Assembly (NCBI GenBank): GCA_964584165.1 | Contig: CAZOYW010000001.1 | Coordinates: 45,730-109,729 of the forward strand | DNA from: an uncultured bacterium | Lineage (GTDB): Bacteria; Auribacterota; Erginobacteria; Erginobacterales; CAZKCI01 | Length of the DNA: 64,000 nt | Reading direction: 5' to 3' | In this document: positions 47,438 to 57,659 of the stretch, one piece after another | Numbering within the stretch: position 1 is the first letter of the stretch | Layout: each line of letters begins with the position of its first letter | Notes under the pieces: model-generated | Told to the model about the DNA's origin: nothing | Databases searched by the model: none | Seen by the model: only the letters and a program-made list of their open reading frames with translations | Made by a program: the position numbers and the translations under genes

Positions 47438-47668
47438 GGACTACGAATTTCGCGAATTGGAGGAATTCCGCGGATTTGCCCGGCTCGGCCCGGCGGATTT
47501 AACCGCGAATCCCGCGCTTGCCCGCCATAGCCCGACTCATCGGGGCGGAGGCGGGAATATCGCGCAAATAGGCCGCCGACTGATTGCTGGTCACTTCTTC
47601 TTGAGTTACTGATCACTCTTTTCCCGTGGGAGCGCCGTCCCCGGCGCGATCCATCCCATCTGGGCATG

Positions 47669-47745
47669 TTCACATGTAGGCATGCAGAAAAGCCTGGCCA
47701 AAGATAATCTAATATTTCTACATGTCCTGCATGACTACATGTGAA
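47669..47745. repeat. Family K element TTCACATGTAG...CTACATGTGAA, copy 1
   Basis: Copy 2 at 48953-49039 in the same orientation; half copy at 57874-57902. Confidence 0.88.
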
Positions 47746-48895
47746 TATTGGCCAGCCCGGCCTTCCGCCAGGCCGCCGCGATCGCGGACGCGGCGAGCCG
47801 GTTCGCCTCCCGGTTCCAGTGGTTATCGCTCCGAAAATATAATCTCACGCCCTTCGCGGCCGCGCCAGTGAACTCGGCCGTAAGATCGACAACGCCGATC
47901 CCCTTCGCGGCGAGATATCCCTTGAGCATCCGCACCGCCTCCTCGCGGTCGATCGCCTCGGCCTCCTTGATCCGGATCCTGGAGCCGGGGGCATAGGAGG
48001 AAACGACCTCCTGCGAAGGGACCAGCAGAACCCACAGGTCCGGCACGGATTCCTTCATCCGCAGGATGATGGCGGCGGTCAAAGCCACGTCCTCCCCGAT
48101 CGGCCGACCCGGCTCGATCAAACCCGCCCCGACCAGCAGCTTCTTGACCGGAGCGATCCTTTTCAGTCGCGAGCTTAAAAAGCCGTAGAGCTTCGATCGG
48201 GCCAGGACCATTTTTATGCCCGACAGTTTCCCTTCGTCCGCCTTCCGGTTCTCCTCGATGACCCGGCTCTCCACCCGGGGGACCGGGACGCCTTTCATGG
48301 CCAGCCGGCCGCCCTCGAAAACGAAGTGCGGCTTCTCCTTCCCGTAGTTGGCGGAGAGGGCGTTGTGAAAGATGTCGGTGTCGTGAACCAGGACGAGGGC
48401 GGCATCCGGGGCATACTTCATCCCCTCCTTCTCCAGCAGCACACATTCCTGGTCGGTGCTGTAGCCCACCACGCCCAGGTTGACCACCTGGACTGCCGGG
48501 AACTCTTTCTTGAGGAGGTCGGAGAACCTCTCCTCCGCCTGGAGGCCGAATCCCCAGGCGAACGAGTCGCCCAAGACGATGATGCGCTTCCCGCCCGGAG
48601 GCTTGGGATAGTCGATCTCCTCTTCCCTCAGCCCCCGCGAGTTGATGGCGATCCCGCTCTCGTTCTCGTCCGGGCCTTTGAGGACCCCCCGGTAGCCCGG
48701 GCGGTTGAACCAGCCGAAATCGGGATGGTATTCCTCGGGACTTTGGCCCGAAACCGCCGGGATCATCTCTGCGGGAGCGGATGCGCCCTCCGGATACGGC
48801 CGGGCCGTGAGCATCCGGAGGGCCGCTTCCAGGGCGGCGACCGCGAAGGCTACCGCGAGGAGGAGGAGAAGAAGGTTTTGGAGGGCTTTCTTCAA
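47735..48895 (-). CDS. SGNH/GDSL hydrolase-family protein
   Basis: N-terminal TM helix; INSRGLR; LGDSFAWG; NLGVVGY; DNHWN. Confidence 0.88.
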   Translation of the reverse strand: MKKALQNLLLLLLAVAFAVAALEAALRMLTARPYPEGASAPAEMIPAVSGQSPEEYHPDFGWFNRPGYRGVLKGPDENESGIAINSRGLREEEIDYPKPPGGKRIIVLGDSFAWGFGLQAEERFSDLLKKEFPAVQVVNLGVVGYSTDQECVLLEKEGMKYAPDAALVLVHDTDIFHNALSANYGKEKPHFVFEGGRLAMKGVPVPRVESRVIEENRKADEGKLSGIKMVLARSKLYGFLSSRLKRIAPVKKLLVGAGLIEPGRPIGEDVALTAAIILRMKESVPDLWVLLVPSQEVVSSYAPGSRIRIKEAEAIDREEAVRMLKGYLAAKGIGVVDLTAEFTGAAAKGVRLYFRSDNHWNREANRLAASAIAAAWRKAGLANIHM

Positions 48896-48952
48896 ACTAC
48901 GAATTTCGCGAATTAGAAACGCGAATTGCGTAAATTAGCCCGCCTTGGCAAT

Positions 48953-49039
48953 TTCACATGTAGGCATGTAGCGCATGTAGAAAAGCCTGGCCAGCGATAA
49001 GCACAATTTTCTACATGTCCTATATGCTCTACATGTGAA
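48953..49039. repeat. Family K element, copy 2
   Basis: Shares TTCACATGTAGGCATG, AGAAAAGCCTGGCCA and TTTCTACATGTCCT with copy 1. Confidence 0.88.
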
Positions 49040-49092
49040 AAATTGCCAGGTCGGCTTGACCCGGCGATTTTGACCACGAATGAGCCAGGGCT

Positions 49093-49854
49093 TTATGCGC
49101 TATGCCCCATTCCCTGAACCCCGAACCCTGAACCCTTCTTTCCCCTGTTGCCCTGCGCTTTCTGCTTCTTCTCCCCCGGCAGCGTCTTGAACCGGAGCGT
49201 GAACAGGTAGTGGAGGTTCGTGAAACCGTCGTTCCAGAGGTTGAGCTTGGACCCGCCCAGACGGTCGAAGTATAGGATGGGGACTTCCGCGGCTTTGACG
49301 GCGGGGTCGGTGAAGGCCCGGATCTTCAGCTCCTCGGAGAAGGCCATCCCATTGGAGAGCGGCTCGATCCTTCCGAAGATCGCCTTCTTGAAAACCCACA
49401 TGCCGGACTGGGAGTCCAGTATGTTCTTGAAGAAGAGGATCTTGACCGAAGCGGTCAGAATGATATTCCCGATCAGGCGGAGAAGCCCGTTGAGGTCCCG
49501 CCAGCGGTCCGGCATCCTCCGGCAGGAGATAAAGTCGAGGTTGCCGTCGATCAGGTTGTCCAGAACCCGGGGGATGGATTCCGTGGGGTAGGTGGCGTCT
49601 CCGTCCATGGTGACGATGATCTCGCCTAGGGCCGCCTTGATCCCGGCTCGGTGGGCTGCCCCATAGCCGGGAACCTTTTCCGGGACGACGCGGGCGCCGA
49701 GGCTTTTCGCCACCTCGGCCGTCCGGTCGGTGGAGTTGTTGTCCACCACCACCACTTCGTCGACGAGCTTAGGGACCATCTTGAGCAGGGCCCCGATCCC
49801 CTCCTCCTCGTTGTAGCAAGGGACGACCATGGAAATCTTCTTGTCTCGGTACAC
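49093..49854 (-). CDS. GT2 glycosyltransferase (DPM-synthase-like)
   Basis: VVPCYNEE; VDNNSTD; GYGAA; MDGDATY; GTG after AGAGGAG. Confidence 0.9.
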   Translation of the reverse strand: MYRDKKISMVVPCYNEEEGIGALLKMVPKLVDEVVVVDNNSTDRTAEVAKSLGARVVPEKVPGYGAAHRAGIKAALGEIIVTMDGDATYPTESIPRVLDNLIDGNLDFISCRRMPDRWRDLNGLLRLIGNIILTASVKILFFKNILDSQSGMWVFKKAIFGRIEPLSNGMAFSEELKIRAFTDPAVKAAEVPILYFDRLGGSKLNLWNDGFTNLHYLFTLRFKTLPGEKKQKAQGNRGKKGSGFGVQGMGHSA

Positions 49855-49952
49855 GTATGTTCTCCTCTGCGCAGGATGCATAGCGCCAAGCGCAAAGCGC
49901 CCCGTCGAACTGGCTAGGCGCTCTGCGCCATGCGCTTTGCGCTATGCGTTGG

Positions 49953-52580
49953 TTACCTCGTCGCGGGGATGTCCCCCACTATCCCGAAGTATATCGTCGT
50001 TATCTCTCGGATCCTCCAGCGCCCGGAGGAGTCCAGGAAGGTGGCCGCCTCGTCCAGGCCGTCGCCGTTGTAATCCGCCGGCAGGGTACGGAGGGACGGG
50101 CCCGAGTCCATCGTCCACCTCCCCCCTCCCCAGACCGCCCAGAGGCCGTTTCCAGGCCGCTGGACCGCCGGCCGCCAATAGCCCTCGCCATCGTAGTCCC
50201 CGGGAACCACCCGGTCTCCCGGTGCCCCGAAGTACCAGGCGCTCAAGGACCGGACCGACCAGTATCCGATGCCGGATCGATAAATGGCGGGGCTCGCCCC
50301 GCCATTTATATTATAGCGCCCGGGGACGGGTTGATCATCGGGAATTCCAAAAACCTCCCGCGTCCCCCCCCGAACCGCCCAGAGACCGCTGGTGGAACGG
50401 AAAACCGCGATCCCCGCCGTGCCTTCCCCATCATAGTCTTCGGGAACGGGGATATCGACGAAATCCCCGAAATACGCCCGGGTGAGGTCGCGGATCGCCC
50501 AGAGGGCGGTGCCGGCGCGGAAGACACCCATCTCCGCCGTCCCGTCGCCGTCGTAATCACCCGGGCAGGGCTCGTCCTTCTCGACGCCCCAGTAGGCCCG
50601 GGTGAGGTTATAAACCGCCCAGAAACCGAGGCCGGGGCGATAGACGGCGAGGTCGGCCGTCCCGTCCCCGTCATAGTCGCCGCCCGCCATCCCCTGCAGC
50701 TTGGCCGCCGGCCCGAGCGAGACGTCGTAGCGACCCGGCGCCGACCATTCCGCGTAGGACGACTCCGATTGGAAGGGCAGGTAGTCGCGATGGCGCGCCT
50801 GGACGAGCAACTGCCCATCCGGGAGGTGGGTGCAGACGGAAGCCGCGAAATCCCCGTCCCCATCGGCCAGGACGACCGACGATCTCCCGTCCGGGACCGC
50901 GATCCTGACCAGGGCGCCGGCGATCGCCTGTGCGCTCCCCTCCTCGGAGACCCGCCCCTCGACGCTGAAGCATCTCCGGATGGTTGGACTCGGGCTGGGC
51001 GAGGCAGTGGCCGTCGGGGTGGCGGTCGGCGAGGGGGAAGGCGAGGGGCTGGGCGTGAGCGAAGGCGTCGGAGACGGTGAGGGGCTGGGCGATGGAGAGG
51101 GCGAAGGGGTGGGAGAGGTAAGCGCGAGAAACTTGCTGACAAATACATCGGCCGACCCACTCCGGCCGGCCTGATACGGCGAGAGGGTGGGAAAATCGTT
51201 CGAGCTGGTTCCGCCGGCCACATAAGCGTTGCCGGCAAAATCCAGGGCTAGCGCATAAGGAGTATCGTCAGAGCTGCCGCCCAAATAGCTTGAAGCGAGA
51301 AGCTCTCCGTTTTGAGCGAATACCGTGACGAAACCGTCGTACGAATAAAGGCTTCCGGCATGGCTACTCTGATACGCGTTTTTGACCGGGAAATTAAAGG
51401 AGTAGGTCTCTCCCCCTATCCAAATCCTACCTTGAGAGTCTGCTCCTATCCCATAGGCGAAGTCTCTGTCATTCCCTCCCAGGTAACTGGAACATAGCAG
51501 AGAACCTTGAGAATCGAATTTGCTGACAAAGCCGTCGAAGTTCGTGACGTTTCCTTTCGCCGCCTGGTATGCGTTAAGGGTCGGGAAATCAAGCGACCAG
51601 GCAACTCCGGCTACATGCCAGGCTCCGGAAGAATCCGCGGCTACCGCCCAGGCATAGTCTTCCGGAGCCGCCCAGGGTGGATAACCGGTCTGGCCACCCA
51701 AATAAGTGGAAAATACCAGCGCCAAGGACTCGGGTTCGAGCACCGTGACGAAGGCGTCGGAATCGACCCCATTCGTCGTCGCTTGATAGGCTTGCCGGGT
51801 GGGAAAATCCGCCGATTTGGTGCTCCCTACCAGACAGATCCGTCCGCCGGAATCCCGGTCGGCCCCATAAGCGACATCGTCACTGTCGCCGCCCATATAG
51901 CTGGAAAACAACAAGCGAGAACCATCGGAGGAGACGCGGCTGACGAAGGCGTCGCGCGCGCCGCCGGCGAAAGAAGCCTGATAGGAGAGCATCGTAGGGA
52001 AGTCCGCGGATGCGGAACTGCCCGTTACGACAACGGTATCCGAGCCATCCAGGGTCAGAGCGTATGCCACATCGCTCCCGCTCCCTCCCAGATAGGTGGA
52101 ATACGCCAAGGTGGAACCGTCCGCGGGAAGCTTGGCGACGAAGGCGTCTGTACCTCCCCGAGATCCAGCCTGGAAAGCATCTACCGTTGGGAAGTCGAGC
52201 GAACCGGTGCTTCCGACACAGTATATTTCCCCCTCTTCATTGCTGGCGATGCTTCGGGCGAGGTCGGATCCGGCCCCCCCCAGGTAAGCGCTGAAAAGCA
52301 ACCTCGAACCGGAACTGGCTATGGCGACGATAAATGCATCCCTGCCTCCGGCCAGGGTGTTTTGGTACCCGTCCAGAGTCGGGAAATTGGACGAATCGGT
52401 ATGACCGCATAGCAGCACCACTTCGCCGGGACCAACCGCAAGGCCGTGGGGGAGATCCTCGGCTCCTCCTCCCAGATAAGTGGAGTAGGCGCACGTCACC
52501 TCTTGGGAAAATCCGGCGGCGGGGAAGAACCCCAACCATGCCACAACCAGGGTGGTGGGGATGATCCTGGTTCTCATCAT
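49953..52580 (-). CDS. Secreted surface protein: SBBP beta-propeller repeats, Ser/Pro/Thr linker, carboxypeptidase-regulatory-like domain, FG-GAP/VCBS repeats
   Basis: Repeated STYLGGSGxD..., GxTxSxDFPT, DAFVxK; TPSPSPSPSP linker; repeated GDYDGDG. Confidence 0.88.
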   Translation of the reverse strand: MMRTRIIPTTLVVAWLGFFPAAGFSQEVTCAYSTYLGGGAEDLPHGLAVGPGEVVLLCGHTDSSNFPTLDGYQNTLAGGRDAFIVAIASSGSRLLFSAYLGGAGSDLARSIASNEEGEIYCVGSTGSLDFPTVDAFQAGSRGGTDAFVAKLPADGSTLAYSTYLGGSGSDVAYALTLDGSDTVVVTGSSASADFPTMLSYQASFAGGARDAFVSRVSSDGSRLLFSSYMGGDSDDVAYGADRDSGGRICLVGSTKSADFPTRQAYQATTNGVDSDAFVTVLEPESLALVFSTYLGGQTGYPPWAAPEDYAWAVAADSSGAWHVAGVAWSLDFPTLNAYQAAKGNVTNFDGFVSKFDSQGSLLCSSYLGGNDRDFAYGIGADSQGRIWIGGETYSFNFPVKNAYQSSHAGSLYSYDGFVTVFAQNGELLASSYLGGSSDDTPYALALDFAGNAYVAGGTSSNDFPTLSPYQAGRSGSADVFVSKFLALTSPTPSPSPSPSPSPSPTPSLTPSPSPSPSPTATPTATASPSPSPTIRRCFSVEGRVSEEGSAQAIAGALVRIAVPDGRSSVVLADGDGDFAASVCTHLPDGQLLVQARHRDYLPFQSESSYAEWSAPGRYDVSLGPAAKLQGMAGGDYDGDGTADLAVYRPGLGFWAVYNLTRAYWGVEKDEPCPGDYDGDGTAEMGVFRAGTALWAIRDLTRAYFGDFVDIPVPEDYDGEGTAGIAVFRSTSGLWAVRGGTREVFGIPDDQPVPGRYNINGGASPAIYRSGIGYWSVRSLSAWYFGAPGDRVVPGDYDGEGYWRPAVQRPGNGLWAVWGGGRWTMDSGPSLRTLPADYNGDGLDEAATFLDSSGRWRIREITTIYFGIVGDIPATR

Positions 52581-52581
52581 C

Positions 52582-54000
52582 TCAAAACCGGACCAGCACG
52601 TCCCAGGCGGCCTTGGCGGAGCGGCCGAGATCACCGAAGGAGCGAATCCGCCCGAGCGAGCGGAGGAGGTAGCCGGGACGGTAATAGAAGCGGCGGTAGG
52701 CCTCCTGGATGTAGGCCTCCAGGCTCTTGGCGTCGAAGCCGTCCTGGTAGGAGGCGTGCTTGGCGTCGAGCTGGGTCCAGTCCCCTCCCAGCCTGTCCTT
52801 CATCTCCTCGAAAAGCTCGCAGCCCGGATAGGGGGTGTTGACGTTGAAGGAGGCGAAGGCGGCCGGGATCTCGAGGGCGAGTGCGATCGTCTTCTCCACG
52901 CTCTCCCTGGTCTCGCCGGGGTTGCCGAACATGAAGAAGGCGGCGGGATCGATCCCGGCTTCCCTCGACCAGCGGAAGGCGTCCCTGATCTGGGCGACAG
53001 TGGTGTTCTTCCCCAGGCGCTTCAAAACCTCTTCGTCGCCGGACTCGACGCCGAATTGGATCTGGTAACAGCCTGCCCTTTTCATGAGCGCAAGCATCTC
53101 CTGATCCACCGTGTCCACCCGGGCCAAGCAGATCCATTCGATGCCGAGGCGGCGCGCGATGATCCCCCGGCAGATCGCCTCCACCCTCTCGCGCTTGATG
53201 GTGAAGGTATCGTCCCAGAACCCGATGTCGCGCAGGCCGTAACGGGAAACCATCTCCCCGAGCTCGGCCAGGACGCTCTCCACCGAGCGTGGCCGCCAGC
53301 TTTTCCCGTAATAGCCGCGGGTGGCGCAGTAGACACACCCGAAGGGGCAGCCCCGGGCGGTCAGGATGAGCCCGAAGGGCTTGCGGCGGGCGAAGGGGGC
53401 CGAGTATTTCCCGTTGGGCAAGAGGTCCCGGGCGGGGAAAGGAAGCCGATCGATGTCTTCGATAAGCGGCCGGTCGGGATTGTGCCGTATCGATCTGCCC
53501 TCTCGATAGGAGACACCACAAATATCTTCTATTTTCTTTTCGCCCTTCAGGGCGAAAAGAAGTTCGGAAGCAGTAGCCTCCGGCTCCCCCCGGATCACGA
53601 AATCGACAGGGACGGCGCGGAGGCTCTCCTCGGGCAGGGCTGTGACGTGTCCGCCAATCGCGACCGTCTTCACCCCCGGCAGCTTCCCCTTGAGCGCCTT
53701 GAGCCAGCGGGCGGTGAAATCGATCAGGGGAGTGCCTAGGACGAAGAAGACCACGGCGGGGCCATGGGCGGCGATCCGGCGGAGCGACTCCTCCGTCCCG
53801 ATCCTCTCGGCCATGGAGTCGAGGATCGCCACCTCGGCTTTCGCCCACTCCCTTAGAGCGGAGGCGAGGTAGGCCAGCCCGATCGGGGGGAGGATGTAGT
53901 CGGCCTTGAGGACGATCCCGGCGCAACGGGCGAGAACCGCGTCGGTCTGGATGGAGAGCGCTTTCTCCTCGACCGGTAATACGACCAGCAGAACTTTCAT
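52582..54000 (-). CDS. B12-binding radical SAM protein
   Basis: PPIGLAYLAS; GGHVT; RGEPE; RGCPFGCVYC; FWDDTF; GVESG. Confidence 0.92.
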   Translation of the reverse strand: MKVLLVVLPVEEKALSIQTDAVLARCAGIVLKADYILPPIGLAYLASALREWAKAEVAILDSMAERIGTEESLRRIAAHGPAVVFFVLGTPLIDFTARWLKALKGKLPGVKTVAIGGHVTALPEESLRAVPVDFVIRGEPEATASELLFALKGEKKIEDICGVSYREGRSIRHNPDRPLIEDIDRLPFPARDLLPNGKYSAPFARRKPFGLILTARGCPFGCVYCATRGYYGKSWRPRSVESVLAELGEMVSRYGLRDIGFWDDTFTIKRERVEAICRGIIARRLGIEWICLARVDTVDQEMLALMKRAGCYQIQFGVESGDEEVLKRLGKNTTVAQIRDAFRWSREAGIDPAAFFMFGNPGETRESVEKTIALALEIPAAFASFNVNTPYPGCELFEEMKDRLGGDWTQLDAKHASYQDGFDAKSLEAYIQEAYRRFYYRPGYLLRSLGRIRSFGDLGRSAKAAWDVLVRF

Positions 54001-54776
54001 TATCGATCGCGGCCGATCTTGCGGCGGGAATACCGGAGGCGGATAAGCCAGGGCCGGACAATCGCCTCGGCAATGCTGGCTTTCGACATCTTGGATTGCC
54101 CGGCGCGACGTTCCGTGTACACGATCGGCACTTCTTCTATTCGCCAATCCTCTCTCACCATCGCGGCCAGGACCTCGACTAAAAACGCATAGCCGCGGGA
54201 ATTAAGCCTGACCGACAGCAGTCTTTCGATAACCTCGCGTTGATAGGCGCGGAAGCCGCTCGTGCAGTCGGCATAGGGGAAACGCAAAACTCGGCGCACA
54301 TAGGCGTTGGCGGCAAGGCTGAGCAACAACCTGCGGGGAGCCCAATTGATAACGCGTATCCCCCCCCGATAGCGGGAACCGATGGCGGCCTGATTATGCC
54401 CGAGAGCGGCATCCAGACGGAGGAGATCGGCGAAATCGTGGGAATGGTCGGCATCGATGGTAAAAATGCGCCGGGCTCCCAGGCCAAGGGCAGCTTCAAA
54501 GCCGGCCAAGATCGCCGAGCCGTAACCACGACGTCCGGAGCGGGAAAGCAGATGCACCCGGCGGTTTCCCCTGGATAATTCCGCGACGACGTCCCCGGTA
54601 CCATCGGGAGAATCGTCATCCACCACCAACACGTGAAACGGGGGCGAGAGGGCTACGATCGAAGAAATAAGGGAGTCTATGTTATCGCGTTCATTGAAGG
54701 TGGCGATCACCACCACCCGAAATGCGTCGCTCTTCCCAGGGGCAAGATCATTCTCCGGATCGGATCGTGAGTTCAT
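54000..54776 (-). CDS. Polyprenol-phosphate mannose synthase-like GT2
   Basis: ATFNERDNI; VDDDSPDGTG; DADHSH; DCTSGFR; ERRAGQSKM. Confidence 0.9.
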   Translation of the reverse strand: MNSRSDPENDLAPGKSDAFRVVVIATFNERDNIDSLISSIVALSPPFHVLVVDDDSPDGTGDVVAELSRGNRRVHLLSRSGRRGYGSAILAGFEAALGLGARRIFTIDADHSHDFADLLRLDAALGHNQAAIGSRYRGGIRVINWAPRRLLLSLAANAYVRRVLRFPYADCTSGFRAYQREVIERLLSVRLNSRGYAFLVEVLAAMVREDWRIEEVPIVYTERRAGQSKMSKASIAEAIVRPWLIRLRYSRRKIGRDR

Positions 54777-54836
54777 GGCGACAATTTTCCTTCGAACCGG
54801 TTGAATCCGGGGGGATTATCAACGAGCCCCCGTGAT

Positions 54837-56528
54837 TCACCCGGCGCCCAACTTGAAGATTTTCACGATGGGACCGGGTTGTTCTTTCGGTTCGAACACC
54901 TTGATCGGAGATATTTGAGAAAGAGTAGCATAGAAGTGCGCGTGAACAGGATACTTTTCCCTCCCGCCGCGGCCGGGGAACCAGGAATATATCTCGCTGG
55001 AGATGATGAGATAGTCCACCCCCTGCCGGCGGAGCTGATCGATATCGTATCCCTTCGGCACCAAAGTCAAACCATCCACCTCGCCTATCCTGATGATGCG
55101 GTATCCCCTTCCTTTCCCCGCCAGCAAACGCATCCGATGCACGACCGCCATCTGTTTAGAGGGGTGATGGATGGTCGAAGCTCGGCCTTCTTCATAGGCT
55201 TTCGCTTTTTCGGCGATTTCCTCCCGGGTTTCACGCAACTGGACAGTGGCGTTGTTGTCCCACTCCAAGGCGATTACGGAGCCGGCGGGGATATTCGACT
55301 CGATCCAACGCCTGGCCTCTTCGCGCGTGTCAGCCCGGGAAAGCATCCGGTCATTGAGAGAGATATTGCGGATTGCGCTGAGGACGAAGACAAGTCCCGT
55401 CAGGGAAAGGGCGACTCGAAGACCCCCGCGGTTTTGAAGGCGACGCCGCAGGTCGGCCAGCGCCCCCCCGGAAAGCACGGCCAGGGCGGGAAAAACGGGG
55501 ATCAAGTATCGCGCATTGGTTTTCCCCCAACTCCCGATCATCAGGAAATACACCGCCGGATAGATCAGCAGCAGCCAGCCCTTCTTCTTCCCCGCGATCA
55601 GTCCCCAGGCCGCTCCCAGCAGGTAAAACCATCCTAGCAAACTCCACTTTGCCGGAACGGCTATTAGCGGATCAAGGAAGAAGAGCCGCAAGTAATCGCC
55701 CCAGTGACGCCCGCCCCCGGTGCTGTAAACGCCTTTCTGCATGTGCTCGGAAATAAAACGAAAATCGGCCCAGAATTTCGAGAAATCCAGGAAGCAATAG
55801 GGTGAGCCGACAAAGAAAGCCACCAGCATGCATCCAGCGGCCAGCCAAAGCTTCCCGTCCCGGAGGCGGGCGATCCGACTGGTCGGGGAGGCCGGGCCCC
55901 ACCAATGGGCGAGCAAGATCGGCAGAACGAGGGTGGCGGCATTATATTTGGAGGCGGCGCCCAGTCCGCCCAGAATCCCGGCCCATAGGTAATCCCTTCT
56001 CTCCCCCCGGGACAGGATTCCCAGAATGGGCAGAAAAGCGGCGGTGATGAACAAGGTTAAAAGAACATCGGTGGCGATGTAATGGGAGCTTTCCACGTGC
56101 AGATAGGTGACCGCGAGCAGGCCGGCGGAAGCCAAGCCCGCTGAAAGTCCATAAGCCTTTTTCCCCAGGAGATAGACGAGAAGAACGGTCACCGTCCCCC
56201 AGACGGCGTTGGTCGCCCGACCGATCAGGTAAAACGCAGTCGGGTCGTTGAAGAAAAGAATCTGAAAATCCGCCACGGTTGAGAACAACCCCAAAATCCT
56301 TCCCAGAACATAGAAAGCTCCATATTCGAGAAAAAGCAGATACATCGGCAGCGAAGGGTAATTGAAGTAATGCGGATTAAGGTCCCCCATCCCAAAGGCG
56401 AGGGCGTGGTGGACGATCCGTTCCTCGTCCGGGTGGTAAACCCCGGGGAGACCGAAGCCGATACCCCACAGCCGGAGCGCGAGCGCCAGTGCCAGAATCC
56501 CAATCAGCAATATGGTCTTTGTTTTCAA
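54837..56528 (-). CDS. ArnT/PMT-like GT-C glycosyltransferase
   Basis: LRLWGI...HPDE...FNYPSL; GAASKYNA; RYLIPVFP. TTG start approximate. Confidence 0.85.
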   Translation of the reverse strand: MKTKTILLIGILALALALRLWGIGFGLPGVYHPDEERIVHHALAFGMGDLNPHYFNYPSLPMYLLFLEYGAFYVLGRILGLFSTVADFQILFFNDPTAFYLIGRATNAVWGTVTVLLVYLLGKKAYGLSAGLASAGLLAVTYLHVESSHYIATDVLLTLFITAAFLPILGILSRGERRDYLWAGILGGLGAASKYNAATLVLPILLAHWWGPASPTSRIARLRDGKLWLAAGCMLVAFFVGSPYCFLDFSKFWADFRFISEHMQKGVYSTGGGRHWGDYLRLFFLDPLIAVPAKWSLLGWFYLLGAAWGLIAGKKKGWLLLIYPAVYFLMIGSWGKTNARYLIPVFPALAVLSGGALADLRRRLQNRGGLRVALSLTGLVFVLSAIRNISLNDRMLSRADTREEARRWIESNIPAGSVIALEWDNNATVQLRETREEIAEKAKAYEEGRASTIHHPSKQMAVVHRMRLLAGKGRGYRIIRIGEVDGLTLVPKGYDIDQLRRQGVDYLIISSEIYSWFPGRGGREKYPVHAHFYATLSQISPIKVFEPKEQPGPIVKIFKLGAG

Positions 56529-56616
56529 GCAAATAGCGCGCTCCCCGTGCAACGCGACACATGTAATGTTTTTTGCCCTCTGCCCTCTGCCCTATGCTCT
56601 ATGCTATGATTTTATT

Positions 56617-57645
56617 ATGCGCTCTTTTTCCGTCATCATCCCCTGCCACAACGCCTCCGGGACGCTGGAGAAATGCCTGCGGGCCCTCCTCGCCTCCGAC
56701 TATCCCCGCGACCGCTTCGAGATCATCGTCTCCGATGACGGCAGCGCCGACTCCAGCCTCGAGATCGCCCGTTCCCTCGGCGTCCGCACGCTTGTTCACC
56801 CCCGCGCCACGGGGCCGGGCGGCGCTCGGAACCGCGGCGCACAAGCGGCGTCCGGTGAGCATCTCCTGTTTTTCGACTCCGACGTCATCGTCCGCCCCGA
56901 CACACTCCGCCTCTTCGACCGCGCCATCGAGCGGTTCCCCGACGCCGCGGCGATCCAGGCGATCTACGCCGCGGGTCCTTATCGGACGATCCTTTCGCTC
57001 TATCAGCACCTCTGGTTCTACTACTTCTACACCCTGCGCCGGAATTATCCCACATTGACCTTCTCATCCTCTTGCTTCGCCATCTCCCGCCGGGAGTTCC
57101 TGGACGCCGGGATGCTCAACCCCAACCTGCGCACCAACGAGGACACCGAGTTCGGCTATCGCCTCGCCCGCCGGGGGAAAAAAGCCCTGATCTGCACCGA
57201 GATCGAAGTCTACCACGACCGCGCCTTCTCTTTGGGAGGCTTCGTCAGGAGGAACTTCTTCGTCCACAACTTCATCCTCGTCCGCCTGACTTACGGGATG
57301 AGCGATATCCGCTCCGGCAACCCGGAGTACGACGTGCCGATCAAGAACCTGCTGCTCACCGCCGCCCTTGTCGCGGCCCTCCTTCTCTGGGCGGCCAGCG
57401 GCCTCTGGGGGTTCGGAGCCGCCGCCGCGGGCGTCTTCCTCTGGCAATCGCTCCTCAACCTGCCCTTCCTGAAATTCGCCGCGGGGCGGGCCGGAGGGGG
57501 GAAAGTCGCCCTCCTCTATGGCATCCTTCTCCTCGACAACGCCGTCAAGCTGGCCGGAATCGCTCGGGGGTTGGTCGACTTCTACCTCCTGAAGAAGCAC
57601 CACCTGATCACGGAATACGCGGAAACAGTGATCAGCAAACAGTAA
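56617..57645 (+). CDS. GT2 glycosyltransferase
   Basis: VIIPCHN; SDDGSAD; GPGGARN; FFDSD; NEDTEF; C-terminal TM helices. Confidence 0.9.
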   Translation: MRSFSVIIPCHNASGTLEKCLRALLASDYPRDRFEIIVSDDGSADSSLEIARSLGVRTLVHPRATGPGGARNRGAQAASGEHLLFFDSDVIVRPDTLRLFDRAIERFPDAAAIQAIYAAGPYRTILSLYQHLWFYYFYTLRRNYPTLTFSSSCFAISRREFLDAGMLNPNLRTNEDTEFGYRLARRGKKALICTEIEVYHDRAFSLGGFVRRNFFVHNFILVRLTYGMSDIRSGNPEYDVPIKNLLLTAALVAALLLWAASGLWGFGAAAAGVFLWQSLLNLPFLKFAAGRAGGGKVALLYGILLLDNAVKLAGIARGLVDFYLLKKHHLITEYAETVISKQ

Positions 57646-57659
57646 TCGTCTTCCGCGCC

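Noticed and set aside
50990-51125. Repetitive DNA in the surface-protein gene as a mobile repeat
   Set aside because: Explained by the encoded Pro/Ser/Thr linker.
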